Positions 1 to 13,795 of a DNA stretch of 64,000 bases are shown here, in pieces; the first letter of the stretch is position 1, and each line of letters starts with the position of its first letter. Position numbers and translations under genes: made by a program. Origin of the DNA: Octopus sinensis (lineage: Eukaryota); assembly GCF_006345805.1 (NCBI RefSeq), contig NC_043011.1, positions 1,116,001-1,180,000 of the forward strand, given 5' to 3'. The notes below the pieces were generated by a model, which saw nothing but the letters and a program-made list of their open reading frames with translations, was not told the DNA's origin and ran no database searches.

Positions 1-196
1 TTTAACCACTTTGTTGAACCTTGTGCTAACTAGAAAGTCTCTTCATGGTTACCCACTTTGTAAGGAAAGTAGTCAAATAGCTCTCAAATCATATTTTAAA
101 AAAAGGAGGCATCAGATAATTAGTCTTAGATACAAACTACACAAAAAACGGTATGCTCATTGCTAGAACATCTTTGATAGTAAGTTTGATTGGTCA

Positions 197-420
197 CTCT
201 TTTACTTTTTTACTCTTTTACTTGTTTCAGTCATTTGACTGCGGCCATGCTGGAGCACCACTTTTAATCGAGCAACTCGACCCCGGGACTTATTCTTTTG
301 TAAGCCTAGTACTTATTCTATCAGTCTCTTTTGCTGAACCGCTAAGTGACGGGGAGGGGGACTTAAACACACCAGAATCGGCTGTCAAGCAATGCTAGGG
401 GGACAAACACAGACACACAA

Positions 421-499
<79 letters not shown>

Positions 500-662
500 T
501 ACGACAGGCTTCTTTCAGTTTCCGTCTACCAAATCCACTCACAAGGCATTGGTCTGCCTGCGGCTATAGCAGAAGACACTTGCCCAAGATGCCATGCAGT
601 GGGACTGAACCCGGAACCATGTGGTTGGTTAGCAAGCTGCTTACCACACAGCCACTCCTGCG
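197..662 (-). mobile_element. tRNA-derived SINE family A (internal TA/TG microsatellite, GAGTAAAA tail)
   Basis: On - strand: head CAGGAGTGGCTGTGTGG (A-box-like) and GGTTCAGTCCC (B-box-like), internal microsatellite, 3' tail; about 15 near-identical copies in the window. Confidence 0.9.
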
Positions 663-2356
663 CCACTCCTGTGCAAACTTGGCAATAAACAACAAGAAAT
701 ATAATGTGCTAAATGATTATGTATATATTGTTAAAAGCACAATAGGTTTCTGGTTATTGATTTAAATTTTAAGGTTGTTTCCAAACAAATTACTCTTTTC
801 ATTCAAACACCAGGACATTTCTAAATAGTGCTGTGTGTAATGCTCAGTTTAAATAATATCTTCTCAAGAAGAATGTTATAAAGTGGCAGCCAAATTTTAA
901 AGAATTACTCTGATTTGTTGGCATAGATGAAATTAAAACTTAATTAATTTTAGTACATTTTTCAAAATTAGTTTTCTAAAGTATAAAAATTAGGGTTTGT
1001 ACACAGGTTTGAGATAAACAACCAATTATTTTAATTGAAGTAGCAGAAGTGTTGTGCAGTGAGAGTTCTGGGTACACTTAATACACAAAATAGTGTTGAT
1101 TGCCAAATATAATTATTATAGTTACAATGATAATGCTTTTAGAAAAGGCTTGGCAAACAATACCTCTCTTATTTCTCCATTTCTATAAATCAGACACCAT
1201 GCCAAACCAAGAAATCGTTATTATCAGAGTTTAATCTTTATTGTAACCTTAATTTTGCTCTCTGTCACAAGATAACCATTAACAAAATTTTATTTTGATT
1301 TATATTTCTTCTAATTTTCTATTTTTTAAAATAAAATACACAAGAATTATTAACTTCTTCAGTTCAATAATACTTGCAAAAAACATTAGAATTCTTGAAT
1401 TATTATTTTAATCCTAAACATTTCCAAAAGTCTTGTATTTTCAATGAAGTAAAATAAATATAGAAGTAGCAAGAATGATACCAGATTCTAAAGTTTCATT
1501 TGATTTCTACCATCAAAAATGGCATTTATAAATATTTTATTTTCATGTCAACAAATAAAAGAGAAACTATAAAAATCAATGAGGGATCGTTTCCCTATTT
1601 GTACTGTATATTCAGTGCAGTAACCAAACCTTTGTCACCAAACACTTCCCACTCCTTAACATAAAAACTGCATCTTTTCCATCTCAATTCTGGGGTGATA
1701 TCTTACAATGTAAGCCATACTGTGGTTGTAGCTAAAATGTCTCTCTATTCCTACAATGGTTCTATTGAAGCAAAACTGAACTGTTATCATGAAAGAACAA
1801 TGCTAAACTATTAAATAGAATACTTCATTCAATCAAAGAATCTGATCCTAACACCATTAGTCATATTTGTTGTGGGTTTGTTTTTTCAGTTTTAGTTTTT
1901 TAGGAAAAAGAAAAATTTGTAAAATTCCCATATATTTTTGTATTGAAGTATTTTCTGGCTCATAAAATTGTAATACAGAAAAAAAATCTTTGCCACGATA
2001 TCAGGAAAAAAATATTTTTTAATAAATATATTGGTCTATCTCATTGTTTATTCATATTTTTATCATACAAATCATAAAATTTGACCAGTCATCCATAGAA
2101 GATGATTCCATAACCTCAGGTATTGGAACTCAGATAACACATTCTAATACATCTTATTCTCATTCCACATCTATAACAAAAGAAAAAAAATTATGTCTAT
2201 TTTTATTTCTAATAAATTCTTCTTTAAAAAGGAAAAAAATAGTTAAGAATTGTGTCAAAAGGAGAATTTATACTGGAAAAGAAAAAGTAAAGCAAAAAGT
2301 AAAGTTTTCAACAATCGCAAATAGTCTAAGTTTTTGTCAAAAATATCATGTTGAAG

Positions 2357-2593
2357 TGTAGTAAGAATATCAATGTAGTCTGTCTGAATAATGCTTTTGT
2401 CTAGACACAGATGCCCTATCATTCTAGCAGGGAAAATAATTATGTGATGTTAATGCTTTAACAAGAGTATTGTGTCAAAATGTAGTAAGCATATCATTAT
2501 CGTCTATCTGGATAATGCTTTTGTCTAGACACAGATGCCCTACTATGCTAGGAAACAGAATGGTTATGTGATGTTAATGCTTTAACAAGAGTA
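2357..2593. repeat. Diverged two-copy tandem duplication, about 124-bp period
   Basis: Both copies share ATAATGCTTTTGTCTAGACACAGATGCCCTA and TTATGTGATGTTAATGCTTT. Confidence 0.85.
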
Positions 2594-3485
2594 CTTTTAT
2601 TAGTAAAAGGAAGGGGTTCAGTCTGGAATCAGCTCGCCATCAGGGTCTCAGTGTATTGGGAGTTGATTCATTGCTTTATAACACTCCATGTTACCTAATT
2701 AAAGTTTAATGTACTAAATATGTTGATAGATAAATGATTACAATTATTTCATAATCATCACCACCACCATAACCACCATCGTCAATCATATTTCAGATAA
2801 ATTGCTATCAATTGTACCTTGCCCATTTAAATATACAGAAAGTAGATATGAACATTGGTTCCATTCATACTTGTGAAATTATTAAATAACCTAAATAAAT
2901 TAAGAAATATTTTGTACAAAGACTGCAAACAATGGTAAATTATTCTTTTGTCATATTATATTTTCTCCAGTGAAATAAAGTACTTGACAAAGTGAAGTGA
3001 AGGTGTAATAGGTAGACCGAGTTGGTGGAAAGTGAAACATTTCCAAAGTGCAACGGTTATGTGAATGAAATGAACTAGCACCAAGTTTATATAAAACTAC
3101 CATCACAGTACAAGTATATGCTTAAACTTGAGCATCATACACACTCTATCTTGTTTTTAAAACTATAAAATCATTCCAAAATCTAAAACACTTCCTACTC
3201 AAGCGACTTTGATTAAAAGACTATCAACTGCACCAATTCCTTTTCAGAAAGAGCATTAGTCTAAAACAAATATTGTGGTAAAGAAAGTTCCAGATAAAAT
3301 CCTTTAATCAAATTTAAGAGAGAGATATAGTGTTAGCCACCATTTCTAGCATGATCTTAGAAGATGATATAGGGAACATAACTGCTTTTACAGATAAGCT
3401 GCTTTTCTCATAATTTTCTTTCATTACATACACCATACATCTTTAACAATTTATTAAGTACATTAAAGATATTAAAATTCCTCAC

Positions 3486-3646
3486 TTGGCTTTCCAAGAA
3501 GCTTTGATCTCATACTGGTCTTTCTCAAAAATGAGAAAGACATTTTTTGAAGTGTCTTTTTAGCAGCTATAAATAGTGATGATTGCATAGCATGTACAGC
3601 AGGTAGAGCATCTCGTAGCTGTATTGGTAGCTGTATGTATCGATGA
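3486..3646 (-). CDS. Candidate internal exon of an unidentified gene
   Basis: Acceptor ttgtacag, donor GTGAGG, 161-nt open frame (HRYIQLPIQLRDALPAVHAMQ...LLGKP); no homology recognised. Confidence 0.2.
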
Positions 3647-3862
3647 CTGTACAACAGGCAGAATATGTCTCACAACAAGGTCTGTCATTGGGAAGTGTTT
3701 AAATTTTTTCCCTTTCAAGGGTTACCTTTATTTTTTAACAGTAGAAGTACTTATAACACAGCAACTGAGGTGAAAATCCATCAATTATAGTAACTACAAA
3801 CTGGAATTGTATGAATGAGAATGCAGCCTTTAGAAGTCTATTGATAAGTATCCAAATGTTAT

Positions 3863-4243
3863 ACTCTTTACTCTTTTACTTGTTTCAGTCATTTGACTGC
3901 GGCCATGCTGGAGTACCACCTTTAGTTGAGCAAATCAACCCCAGGACTTATTCTTTGTAAGCCTAGTACTTATTCTATCGGTCTCTTTTGCTGAACTGTT
4001 AGGTGACGGGGACATAAACACACCAGCATCGGTTGTCAAGTGATGTTGGGGACACAAACACAGACACACACACATATATGTATACGTATATACAACAGGC
4101 TTTTTTCAGTTTCCGTCTACCAAATCCACTCACAAGGCTTTGGTCAGCCCGAGGCTATAGTAGAAGACACTTGCCCAAGGTGCCACGCAGTGGGACTGAA
4201 CCCGGAACCATGTGGCTGGTAAGCAAGCTACTTACCACACAGC
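3863..4243 (-). mobile_element. SINE family A
   Basis: Same sequence as 197-662, head slightly truncated. Confidence 0.9.
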
Positions 4244-5977
4244 TTATAAGAAAAGAATATTTTGGATGATAAAATTTGTTTAATTTTATGAGATAGAAAA
4301 CAAACTGATACAGATTCACCATATTTTGACTGAAAGTGGTAGACTACATACTTTTGTTATATGAAGAATTTTTTTATGCTAGTGTATGCTAAAGAATTAG
4401 GTCGTGATTCTAAATTTATAATTGTCAAAGTATTCGTTCAAGTATGAGAGAAATTATCAATGAATAGATTCTTTGATTTAAGTTTGTAGTATATTGTATG
4501 TATGAAAGCAGGGATAGTTTTCTTCTCTAGAATAGGATTTTATAATTTTCTGTTTTTATTTCCCCATGGAACAGAATTTTGATCTGTTACTAAATTAAAA
4601 TATTTCAATAATAAAAGGTACATCACTATTGATAGCTGCTACAGCTGCCTGTTTAAAATTGTTTTTAAGAGAATTGTTAATTTTTTTAGCATCCTCAGAT
4701 ATGGGAAATTGTACCAACAGCCTAATTATCAAAGAATTGAAAAGGTTGTATTTGGTATAGTATATGAAGAACCCAAGTGCTCTTTCCAATTCCTTACTGG
4801 AAGAAGTGGAGGGTATTTTGGATCAGGATGTACTTGCCAATAGTAACCCCATAATTTAGTTGATGGAAGATCATATATATAAATTTATGTTTAGTTCTGA
4901 ATAAATTATTACAATCTGCAGCTCTAAAGAAATTTGGAAAATTTGTACTATGCTTTGATTCTGTTTCACCACAAACTAAAACAATCACCTAAATATGAAT
5001 AAGTATTTATAAGATTATTTACTGTTGGTAAATTCCTTGATGACTGCTGAAATACAGATACATTTGTGATGCCCATAACATTTGTAACACTCATAAAAAC
5101 TTGAGTAGATTGATAGATACTCCCCTACCCCCTACCCCTGCACTGCTACTTGGAAAGCTGAGTGTAGGCTTTACACAGATATTATAAAAAATGTGTGCAG
5201 GTACATGGTTTAGAGATTATGACATTTAGCTCACGATCATAATGTTGTGGATTCAGTTCCTGCACCAAGTGGCAGAGTGTGTCCTTGAGCAAGACATTTC
5301 ATCCGATGTTCTCTAACCTAATTGAGTTGAAAAATGTACCAGTTGAGTACTGGTACAATTCTCTCTCTTTCACTTGACATCCTTGATGTATCACTGGGTC
5401 AAAAGGTGGGGGAACTGAAGACATATAAACAGATGGTGGTTGGCATATATTTCTTTGATTAGTTTTGCATATGCTACAAGTAGCAGTTTAAAAATATTAT
5501 CAAATATTGCACTATCTTATATAGTGTCTACTGTTTTGAGGCAAATATGTACAAACAGAAGCTCTGATTTGTAAGGATTAAGACTGGGATTGATAGTTGC
5601 TAGGAAATGCTTGAATCTCACATATAACTTTAAAATATCAACACAGTGCGGAAGGTTTATTGTTATGCCAAACTTGTCTGATCTATTTCGTCTTTGGATT
5701 TGGTTTGCAAGATTCTTTATATGAGTTGGTGTGTTGAAGCATATTCTGTTGTGTCTGGGGAGAGTCATTCTCTTTTAGTGCCTTATTATTTAACACACTC
5801 ACCAGTAAAATTTCACTTATTGTCTGATCTATATATGTTAATTTTGTTTCAAGGATTTATGACTTTTAAATTGATTAAACTGTTGATGAAGTGCATTCCT
5901 GTGATATGATAACATAAGATAATTTAAGAGACATAACTCTATTTTATAACAATCAGCTTCTATTCAAAACAGAATCA

Positions 5978-6446
5978 CCATATGAGTGTGATCGTTGACA
6001 GAGAGGCTATTCGAGTATGATCGTTACCAGCATCACCTTACTGGCACTTATGCCTGTGCTAGTAGGGTGCCAAGAATACCATCTTAGCGTGATCGTTGTG
6101 ATCGTTGCCAGAGCAGCCAACTGGCTCTGTACCCATGGCACGTAAAAGGGCACCATTTGAGCATGATCGTTACCAACATCGCTTCACTGGCACTTGTGCT
6201 GGTGGCACGTATAAAAAAATTCAAGCGAGGTCATTGCCAGTACCGCCTGACTGGCCCCCTTGCAGGTGGCACGTAAAAAGCACCCACTACACTCTCGGAG
6301 TGGTTGGTGTTAGGAAGGGCATCCAGCTGTAGAAACTCAGATCAAGACTGGAGCCTGGTGCAGCCATCTGGCTTGCCAGCCCTCAGTCAAAATCGTCCAA
6401 CCCATGCTAGCATGGAAAACGGACGTTAAACGATGATGATGATGAT
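5978..6446 (+). mobile_element. RTE LINE 3'UTR fragment (5'-truncated)
   Basis: Modular GGCACGTAAAA repeats, then AAGCACCCACTACACTCTCGGAGTGGTTGG...GGACGTTAAAC(GAT)n, as at the end of the RTE at 32356-34428. Confidence 0.85.
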
Positions 6447-7620
6447 ATATGTGAGCACTACTAACAGTAGTGATCACACGCACACAGCCTATTAGTAAGT
6501 ACTATATGTAACTAAGAAATAAGCAAAAATCTTTAAAGTAAAATGAAGACAATAAGTTTCATGCAAATATTGAAGTAACATATTAGGGTTATTCTAATAG
6601 AAAAATCTCATGTAAGCTTAGAAAAAAAAAGGAAAAAACAAAATAAACTTTGAGGAAATTTAAATTACAAGACAAAGAATAATAAAATTATATACATTAG
6701 GCTTATTGCTGAACACCTTACCATTTCTGCATCGCAGTTGCCTTAAAATAATTTTAATAATAATGGTAAGATATGGGGTTTGTGTCTTTCCTGTCAATAG
6801 CATCCTTCTCAATTACAATAGGTCTGAGCAACATGGATTAAATAATAACTATATCTTATTTTGACACAAGCTTACAGATCTGGAGGAGGACATAGTTGAT
6901 AAAATTTACCTTAATACTTGAAAGACACTTTTTAAATTGATCCTTAATGATAAAAGGCAAAGGAAAAAGGAACGTAACAAAATATCACAAAATATTTTTT
7001 GCCTGTCAAGTCAATTATTTCTACATTTGGTAAAAGATCACAAAGATGCAAGGACTTAGAGATAACTGCCTATTTTATGGACCACTAGAAAGATCAAAAG
7101 CAAAGGGCTAAATCCACAATGGACCAAACTGAATATAGGCATATGGTCTGTAATTTGAGAGAGAGGTATAAACAGTTCTTCATGAGTACTTTATTTTATC
7201 TTCTTTTGAAGGATGATATGTAAAGTTAATTGCGGTCCCACTTGAACTTTACTGGACATTGTTTCTGCCACCTCTCTTAAAAAAAATCATTATTTACATT
7301 GAAATAAATTCAAAAATGTAGTTAGTCGAAAAGAATTCAGTGAAGTGTAAAACACAGATTCTGTTTGTTTTGATTCAGTAGTAGGGAAGAAAGTTTTGAA
7401 GAAAGTACCAGAAACTCTCTTAGTAACTGTAAAAGAGTTGAGAGGACATCTATTGCAAAGTCTAATGTAGCAGCTGTTGTTGTTACTCTCAAGGAACGCT
7501 AATTGAATAAACCTATGATCTGAGGCATTTCCACCCCACTCCATAACCATCTATCTTTGTAAGGGTATGTCATCTAGCTTTGTAAGACTATATTGTCTAG
7601 TGCATTCCTTTGTTATTTAA

Positions 7621-7842
7621 CCCTTTCGTTACTGTATTTATTTTGAGATGCTCTGTGTTTCTTTCAATTAATTTTAAATATAACAAAGAATTTAGTAAAA
7701 TAACTTAGTTATCATTAAGCTAGTGTTAGGAACATAAATTGTGATTAAGGTTTGGTGGAAGATTTTAATTCAAAACTTATGAAAACAAGACATTTGTACT
7801 ACAGAGCCAGAGTCAGTTTCAGCTGGGTTGGTAACGAAAGGG
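7621..7842. mobile_element. piggyBac-like MITE
   Basis: 12-bp TIR CCCTTTCGTTAC/GTAACGAAAGGG; TTAA at 7617-7620 and 7843-7846. Confidence 0.85.
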
Positions 7843-9175
7843 TTAAGGCAGTAGGGCACTTTTTGAGAGATTTGACTAGTCAAAAGTCAATGTAGAATAC
7901 TGGCCACATTGTAAATATATCAATGAAAGGCTGAGGTATCGCATTATTGTAGAGACAAATGCAGTTGCAGAAGCAGATGGTTGTAAGAGCAGTAAAAGAG
8001 ATATTTTAGGAGACAGGTAATGGCAGAGAGAATAGTAGAAGTTGTAACACTTGTGGCAATGATAGTTGTCATTGTAGTAGTAGTAGCAGCAGCAGCAGTG
8101 TACTGAGACATGGAAATGGGTGTGAGAGGTATATGTGTGTGGTCATAGATAAGAATATTCAGCTATTGGATAGCAACTCACTTTTAAGTTACAGGAGTGA
8201 TATTTTCCTAATACATATAATTCATATTACATTGTTCCTCACTATACATTGAGATAAAAATTATGGCATGACAAGTTTTTCAGTTTGTTTATGTATGAGA
8301 GATAAGTAGGTATAATTTTTGCCTATATTTATTTGCAGATGTGTGTGAATCAATGTACATATATAAGTATGTATATGTACTTGTTATTACTGAAGATAGA
8401 GCTTAATTTATTGCTTGTTCTGTGCCTATGTTTAACAATATATTCCCAAACAAGTAATTATCATAAAAACAAAACAATTATGTCTTTTTGTCAACTGAAC
8501 ATCATTATGTATATAAAAAAAATTTCAATAAAATGGAATAGAAAGCACAGAATATAGTGTGCGCACACACACACATTTATATATATGACCACTGATACAA
8601 GCATGTGTGTGTGTGTGTGTGTGCAATGAAATTATTCACATACATCGAACTAATAACTGTAACCTTGATCTTAAGTGGAAACCTCACAGTAAGCCACACA
8701 CACACACACACATACACAAACACACAAACACACACACACACACACACACACAAACGTGTACGATGGGCTGCCACTTCCAGTTTCTATCCACCAAATTTCA
8801 TTAATTGAGGAAAACTATAGCAGAGGATGGTGGCAATGTCCTTGCAGAGATAACGAAGGCTAAAAAAATATGGCTTTAAAGTGAACATTCTAACCACAGT
8901 CATACACTCAGACACACATACACATGTATAGTTCACTCACACATAAATGTGAATGCATGTACACACACTAGTACAACACATACACAGATATGGGGGCTTA
9001 ATGACAGACAGATTTGTTCACAAGGTTTCATTAGCCTGAGACAATAGTAAACATGTAACAAATTGCTGGGCAGTGGGACTGAATCATGATGTGGCAAATC
9101 AAATTTCTTAACAATACAGGCATGTGTGTGTGTGTGTTTATGCATATATGTATGTATAGGAGAAATTAAGATGAA

Positions 9176-9583
9176 CAGGAGTGGCTGTGGCTGTGTGGTA
9201 AGTAGCTAGCTTACCAGCCACATGGTTCTGGGTTCAGTTCCACTGTGTGGCACCTTGGGCAAGTGTCTTCTACTATAGCCTTGGGCCGACCAAAGCCTTG
9301 TGAGTGGATTTGGTAGACGGAAACTGAAAGAAGCCTGTCGTATATATGTATATATATGTATGTGTGCGTTTATGTTTGTGTGTCTGTGTTTGTCCCCCTA
9401 GCATTGCTTGACAACCGATGATGGTGTATTTATGTCCCCGTAACTTAGTGGTTCGGCAAAAGAGACCGATAAAATAAGTACTAGGCTTACAAAGAATAAG
9501 TCCTGGGGGTTGATTTGCTCGACTAAAGGTGGTGCTCCAGCATGGCCGCAGTGAAATGACTGAGAGTAAAAGAGTAAAAGAGT
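9176..9583 (+). mobile_element. SINE family A
   Basis: Full head-to-tail match in + orientation. Confidence 0.9.
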
Positions 9584-9947
9584 ATAAGTCTATTGTAATT
9601 TTACTAAGTATCTACAGCTAAGTAGAGCAGTAACCAAACCACTCTACAAGAAACAGACAGAATGATGGCAATCTTAACGCAACAGTTGCAGTCATACATT
9701 TAACTGTGTGCACAAGTAACACTATATATATATATACATATATATATTCTCTTTCATACATTAACTAAGAGCACATGTGTTTGAAAATGTTAATAGAAAG
9801 AGCTCGCAGACTAGGTAAAAGTCTTCTTCCCAAAAAGGTTAGAAACATCCTTATAAAGGTTTTTATAATTTTTTTTAAAAAAGATAATTTTTTAAAAATT
9901 CCATTTTATACTTAAAAAGTGTATTAAGTAATTTTTTTAAAAACTTT

Positions 9948-9987
<40 letters not shown>

Positions 9988-9993
9988 TATATG

Positions 9994-10029
<36 letters not shown>

Positions 10030-10362
10030 ACGGGGTGCCACTGCATGGTGCCAAAGATTCCAACATCACCATCAAAATACAGGACCAGATACTGCAACAG
10101 CTTGGGTTTCAGAGGACTGCAGCTCTTCAACATCCTCCTTAAATGCCTGAGAGACTTGCATGGTGTGGATGTGGATTTCTTTAAAACTAAACTGGATCTC
10201 TTCTTGTTGGGGACCCAGATGAACCTACCTCTTGGCAGGAGACACAGATGCAGTCAGCGGCATCGAACTCCCTTGTTGATCAAGTGCCATGTATCAGAGG
10301 TGGATTCACATACTAGTGTAGCTGATTCAATGGCCACAGCCTTCGGGCTGAAACATTTTTAA
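10030..10362 (+). mobile_element. CR1-group LINE 3' fragment
   Basis: Peptide NSLGFRGLQLFNILLKCLRDLHGVDVDFFKTKLDLFL resembles the CR1-group ORF2 C-terminus (recalled similarity). Confidence 0.6.
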
Positions 10363-10383
10363 GGATTTATATATAGATATATA

Positions 10384-11308
10384 TTGGGTCATCTCATAAA
10401 TAATGCAGTTTTTTCAATTGCATGAATTAAAAGTTGGAGGGGGATGGGATAAACTACCTGCATCAACTTACTATAAATGCTGGTTGTAATTTTATCTTGT
10501 CATTATTCTTAGTGCAAATTTTGAAGAGTGCAGTTCAATTTTAACAGTTATTTTTTTCAAAGTTATGATGTAAGTGACAAAGGAGTATATTCGGCATATT
10601 TTGCTTTATGAGTTCAATAAAGGCAACAATGCAGCAGAAAGTGTAAGGAATATTAATGCAGTATATGGGGATTGGACAATAAGTGTAAGCCAGTGTCAAC
10701 AGTGGTACCAGAAATTCCAAGCTGTAAACTACATCCTAGAAGATGAGCCTTGTCCTGGAAGATGTGTAGAGCTCAATGAGGACATTCTGCTAACCCTGCT
10801 GGGACAAAATCCCATTGTAACTGTTGAGGAACTAGCAGAGAAACTTAGATTTGGTTATTCAACCATTCATTGATACCTGTGCTAGAAGAAAAACGACCAT
10901 CTTTGGTTTCAAGATGAAAGGCGTTCTTCCATCAGGATAATGTTTGGTCACATACAGTGAGGATGACATTTTAAAGGGTGGAGCAGTTTGAATGGGAAAC
11001 GCTGCTCCACTCAACATATTTGCTGGACATTGCCCCATCTGATTATCATTTATTTCTCAGTCTTCAAAATCATTTGGACAGAAAAAATATGAGTTCTGCA
11101 AACGAGGTCAGAACAGTAGTGGAGGAGTATTTTTCATCACGGACAAGTGAATTTTGGAGAGGGGCCTTGCAAGTTTACCAGATATATGGAAGAGCTTTGT
11201 AGAAAATGAAGAAGAGTGCATTTTAGATTAAAAAAGAACTTTGTTTATCTTAATTCCGAAAAATAAAAGAAGTATTAAAAAAACTGCGTTATTTATAGGA
11301 TGACCCAA
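10384..11308 (+). mobile_element. Internally deleted mariner (DD34D) transposon
   Basis: TIRs TTGGGTCATCTCATAAATAATGCAG / CTGCGTTATTTATAGGATGACCCAA, TA flanks; HTH ORF (IRHILLYEFNKG) and YLLDIAPSDYHLF (YSPDLAPSDY-like) motif. Confidence 0.92.
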
Positions 11309-11586
11309 TATATATATATAGTATATGGAATAGAAGTGCTAAGCAGGGATGTGTATGGCAACACGAAGTTTCTATATGTATGTGTGCAAACTTTTGGTTA
11401 GTTAAAATATGTTTGTGGCATATTTCAACTTCTCAAGGAAAATTCACTACAGTTACCATAGAGAAAAATTTCTCTCTTATGGTAAAAGGTATAAAAACAC
11501 CATATCTGCTCAGTGTTGCCTCCTGTTGAATTCCCAAACACAATATTTCTGGCTCTTTAGCCTTCTTTGATGGGAAATACTGAAGT

Positions 11587-11883
11587 TCCTTCGCGAGCCA
11601 TGCCTGGCTCATAAGGGCCGGTTTCCCGGTTTCCGTGGCGTATAGGTTCCCCACCTCGATGGGACGCCGGTCCGTCGCAGGTGAGCTGCAAAATGCAGGA
11701 GAAAAGAGTGAGAGAAAGTTGTGGTGAAGGAGTAAGCAGAAGTTCGCCATTACCTTCTGCCAGAGTCGCATGGAGCTTAGGTGTTTCGTTCATAAACACA
11801 CACATCGCCCTGTCTGAGATTTTAGATCACAATCCCTCGACCGTGAGTCTGCTGCTCTAACCATTAGGCCATGTGTCTCCACA
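11587..11883 (-). mobile_element. tRNA-derived SINE family B
   Basis: Reverse complement of copies at 16907 and 42986; 12-bp TSD AAATACTGAAGT at 11575-11586 and 11884-11895. Confidence 0.9.
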
Positions 11884-12338
11884 AAATACTGAAGTGAGGT
11901 AACTCTGGGCAGATTTGTAGCTTTAACTAAAACACAGTCAACAACATTGACTGAGGTGCACTACTGGACCACACTGTTGAGATAAATTCAGTCACACCAG
12001 GGCTAATCAGTGTTTTGGCATAAGCAAACTTTAGATTAGTTAAAATATGTTTGTGACTTATTTCAACTTCTAAAGTCAAATTTATTGCAGTTACCATTGA
12101 GAACAAATTCCTTCTTATGGTAAATAGTGTAAAATATCATTTGCCTTGTGCATTTTCTTTTACCTGAAATACTGCTTTCACTGTCTTCAACTTCAGTAGC
12201 TCTTTTGGGTCTACCTGGGATAGTCTCTCTCCTACACATTTTTTATAGCAAAGACCTCTTATGTTAACATTTCCAAGAGCTTCTTTCTTCCTGGTATTTG
12301 TGATGGCAAGTGTACTGCTACTATTGTATGCACACTCT

Positions 12339-12372
<34 letters not shown>

Positions 12373-13383
12373 ATCTGTATGTAGTATTTTTCCTGTTTTA
12401 CTGTTATTTGTTTGACCTGTTATTACATTCACACTTATTAGTTCAATACTACTGTATATAGTAGATATAAAACAAAACAATTATAAAACAATGCACAAAA
12501 AAGCAACAAGATTTGTTGTAATGAAGTTAGATGGAAATAAATCTATGAATCTGAAATAAATTCATTGCAAAAATGTAATTCATATTTGATTGGACACTAA
12601 ACATTTTTTCTTTTACTAGGAATGTCTCTTGCTTGCAGTTAATTGCTTTCTGTGTGCTTGTATGATATTATTGTCTTTCCACTTGGCTGGAGGAGTTTCA
12701 TTATTAAAAGTTTTACTGCAGTAAGTTTTCTATCATCAGTTTTCTGGCATATTGAAAAGCTTCCTTAATGATCATATCTTTCATTTTTTTCTTGGCTATA
12801 CCAACTTTTGAGAAGCTTAGACTTGAAAAGCCTTCCATACTAAATGGTTCTGTGTCTCCTGAATTTGTTTTCTGAGTGGCAAATTACATCGCTTTTCAGA
12901 TGAAAAGTAGTGATTATACAACTGTGACCTTTACATTGCAGTTTCAGAAACAGAAAATATTATCATCTTGGCACTTTCAGATCAAAAAATGACCCCAGGT
13001 GACTTCATTGACAAGTACTAGCCACTGTGATTCATTGTTCATATTTCTCATCATGTGGTATGTAGATTGTTTGACCATCCACTATTCCATAGGCATTAGC
13101 CTTCAACTGGCATGAGCAGCCATGTCAATGCTTGCTTAGAGTTGTCCCAAGCATGATGGTTCACTTATGTTTATCAAACGGCTGAGGCTAACATATGTTG
13201 GCGTTTTGCTTACGTAGGCAGTAGCAGGCTGGGCAGATTCTCCACTTAGTCTAGGATGTAGATGTTGGCATTGTGAGCTGCAAGTTATGCAACAAACAGT
13301 GCCAACATCAAAACTCAAAACCACTGGCTTTTAACTTTCCTTTTGATTCTATTGACTGAACAAGTCTTTTATTACCAGTTGAT

Positions 13384-13795
13384 TACTCTTTTACTCTTTT
13401 ACTTGTTTCAGTCATTTGACTGTGGCCATGCAGGAGCACCGCCTTTAGTCGGGCAAATCGACCCCGGGACTTATTCTTTGTAAGCCCAGTACTTATTCTA
13501 TCACTCTCTTTTGCCGAACCGCTAAGTGACGGGGACGTAAACACACCAGCATCGGTTGTCAAGCAATGCTAGGGGGACAAACACAGACACACAAACATAT
13601 ACACACACACACTTATATATATATACATATATACGACAGGCTTCTTTCAGTTTCCGTCTACCAAATCCACTCACAAGGCATTGGTCGGCCCGGGGCTATA
13701 GCAGAAGACACTTGCCCAAGATGCCACGCAGTGGGACTGAACCCGGAACCATGTGGTTGGTTAGCAAGCTACTTACCACACAGCCACTCCTGCGC
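13384..13795 (-). mobile_element. SINE family A
   Basis: Full-length match. Confidence 0.9.

Noticed and set aside
392-688. ORFs starting MLGGQTQTH.., and the H/T/Y/I- or C/V-rich ORFs throughout the track
   Set aside because: They are translations of SINE A and (CA)n/(TA)n microsatellites, recurring at every copy; not host genes.
2357-2593. Tandem snoRNAs
   Set aside because: C/D boxes are inconsistent between copies and the H/ACA second hairpin would be too short.
3562-4645. 21-bp inverted match TAGCAGCTAT(A/C)AATAGTGATG near 3562 and 4625-4645
   Set aside because: Does not extend; compatible with chance in AT-rich 64 kb.
4595-7550. - strand ORFs at 4595-4988, 5517-5768 and 7290-7550 as exons
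   Set aside because: No recognisable domain and splice phases are ambiguous; both strands give equally protein-like text.
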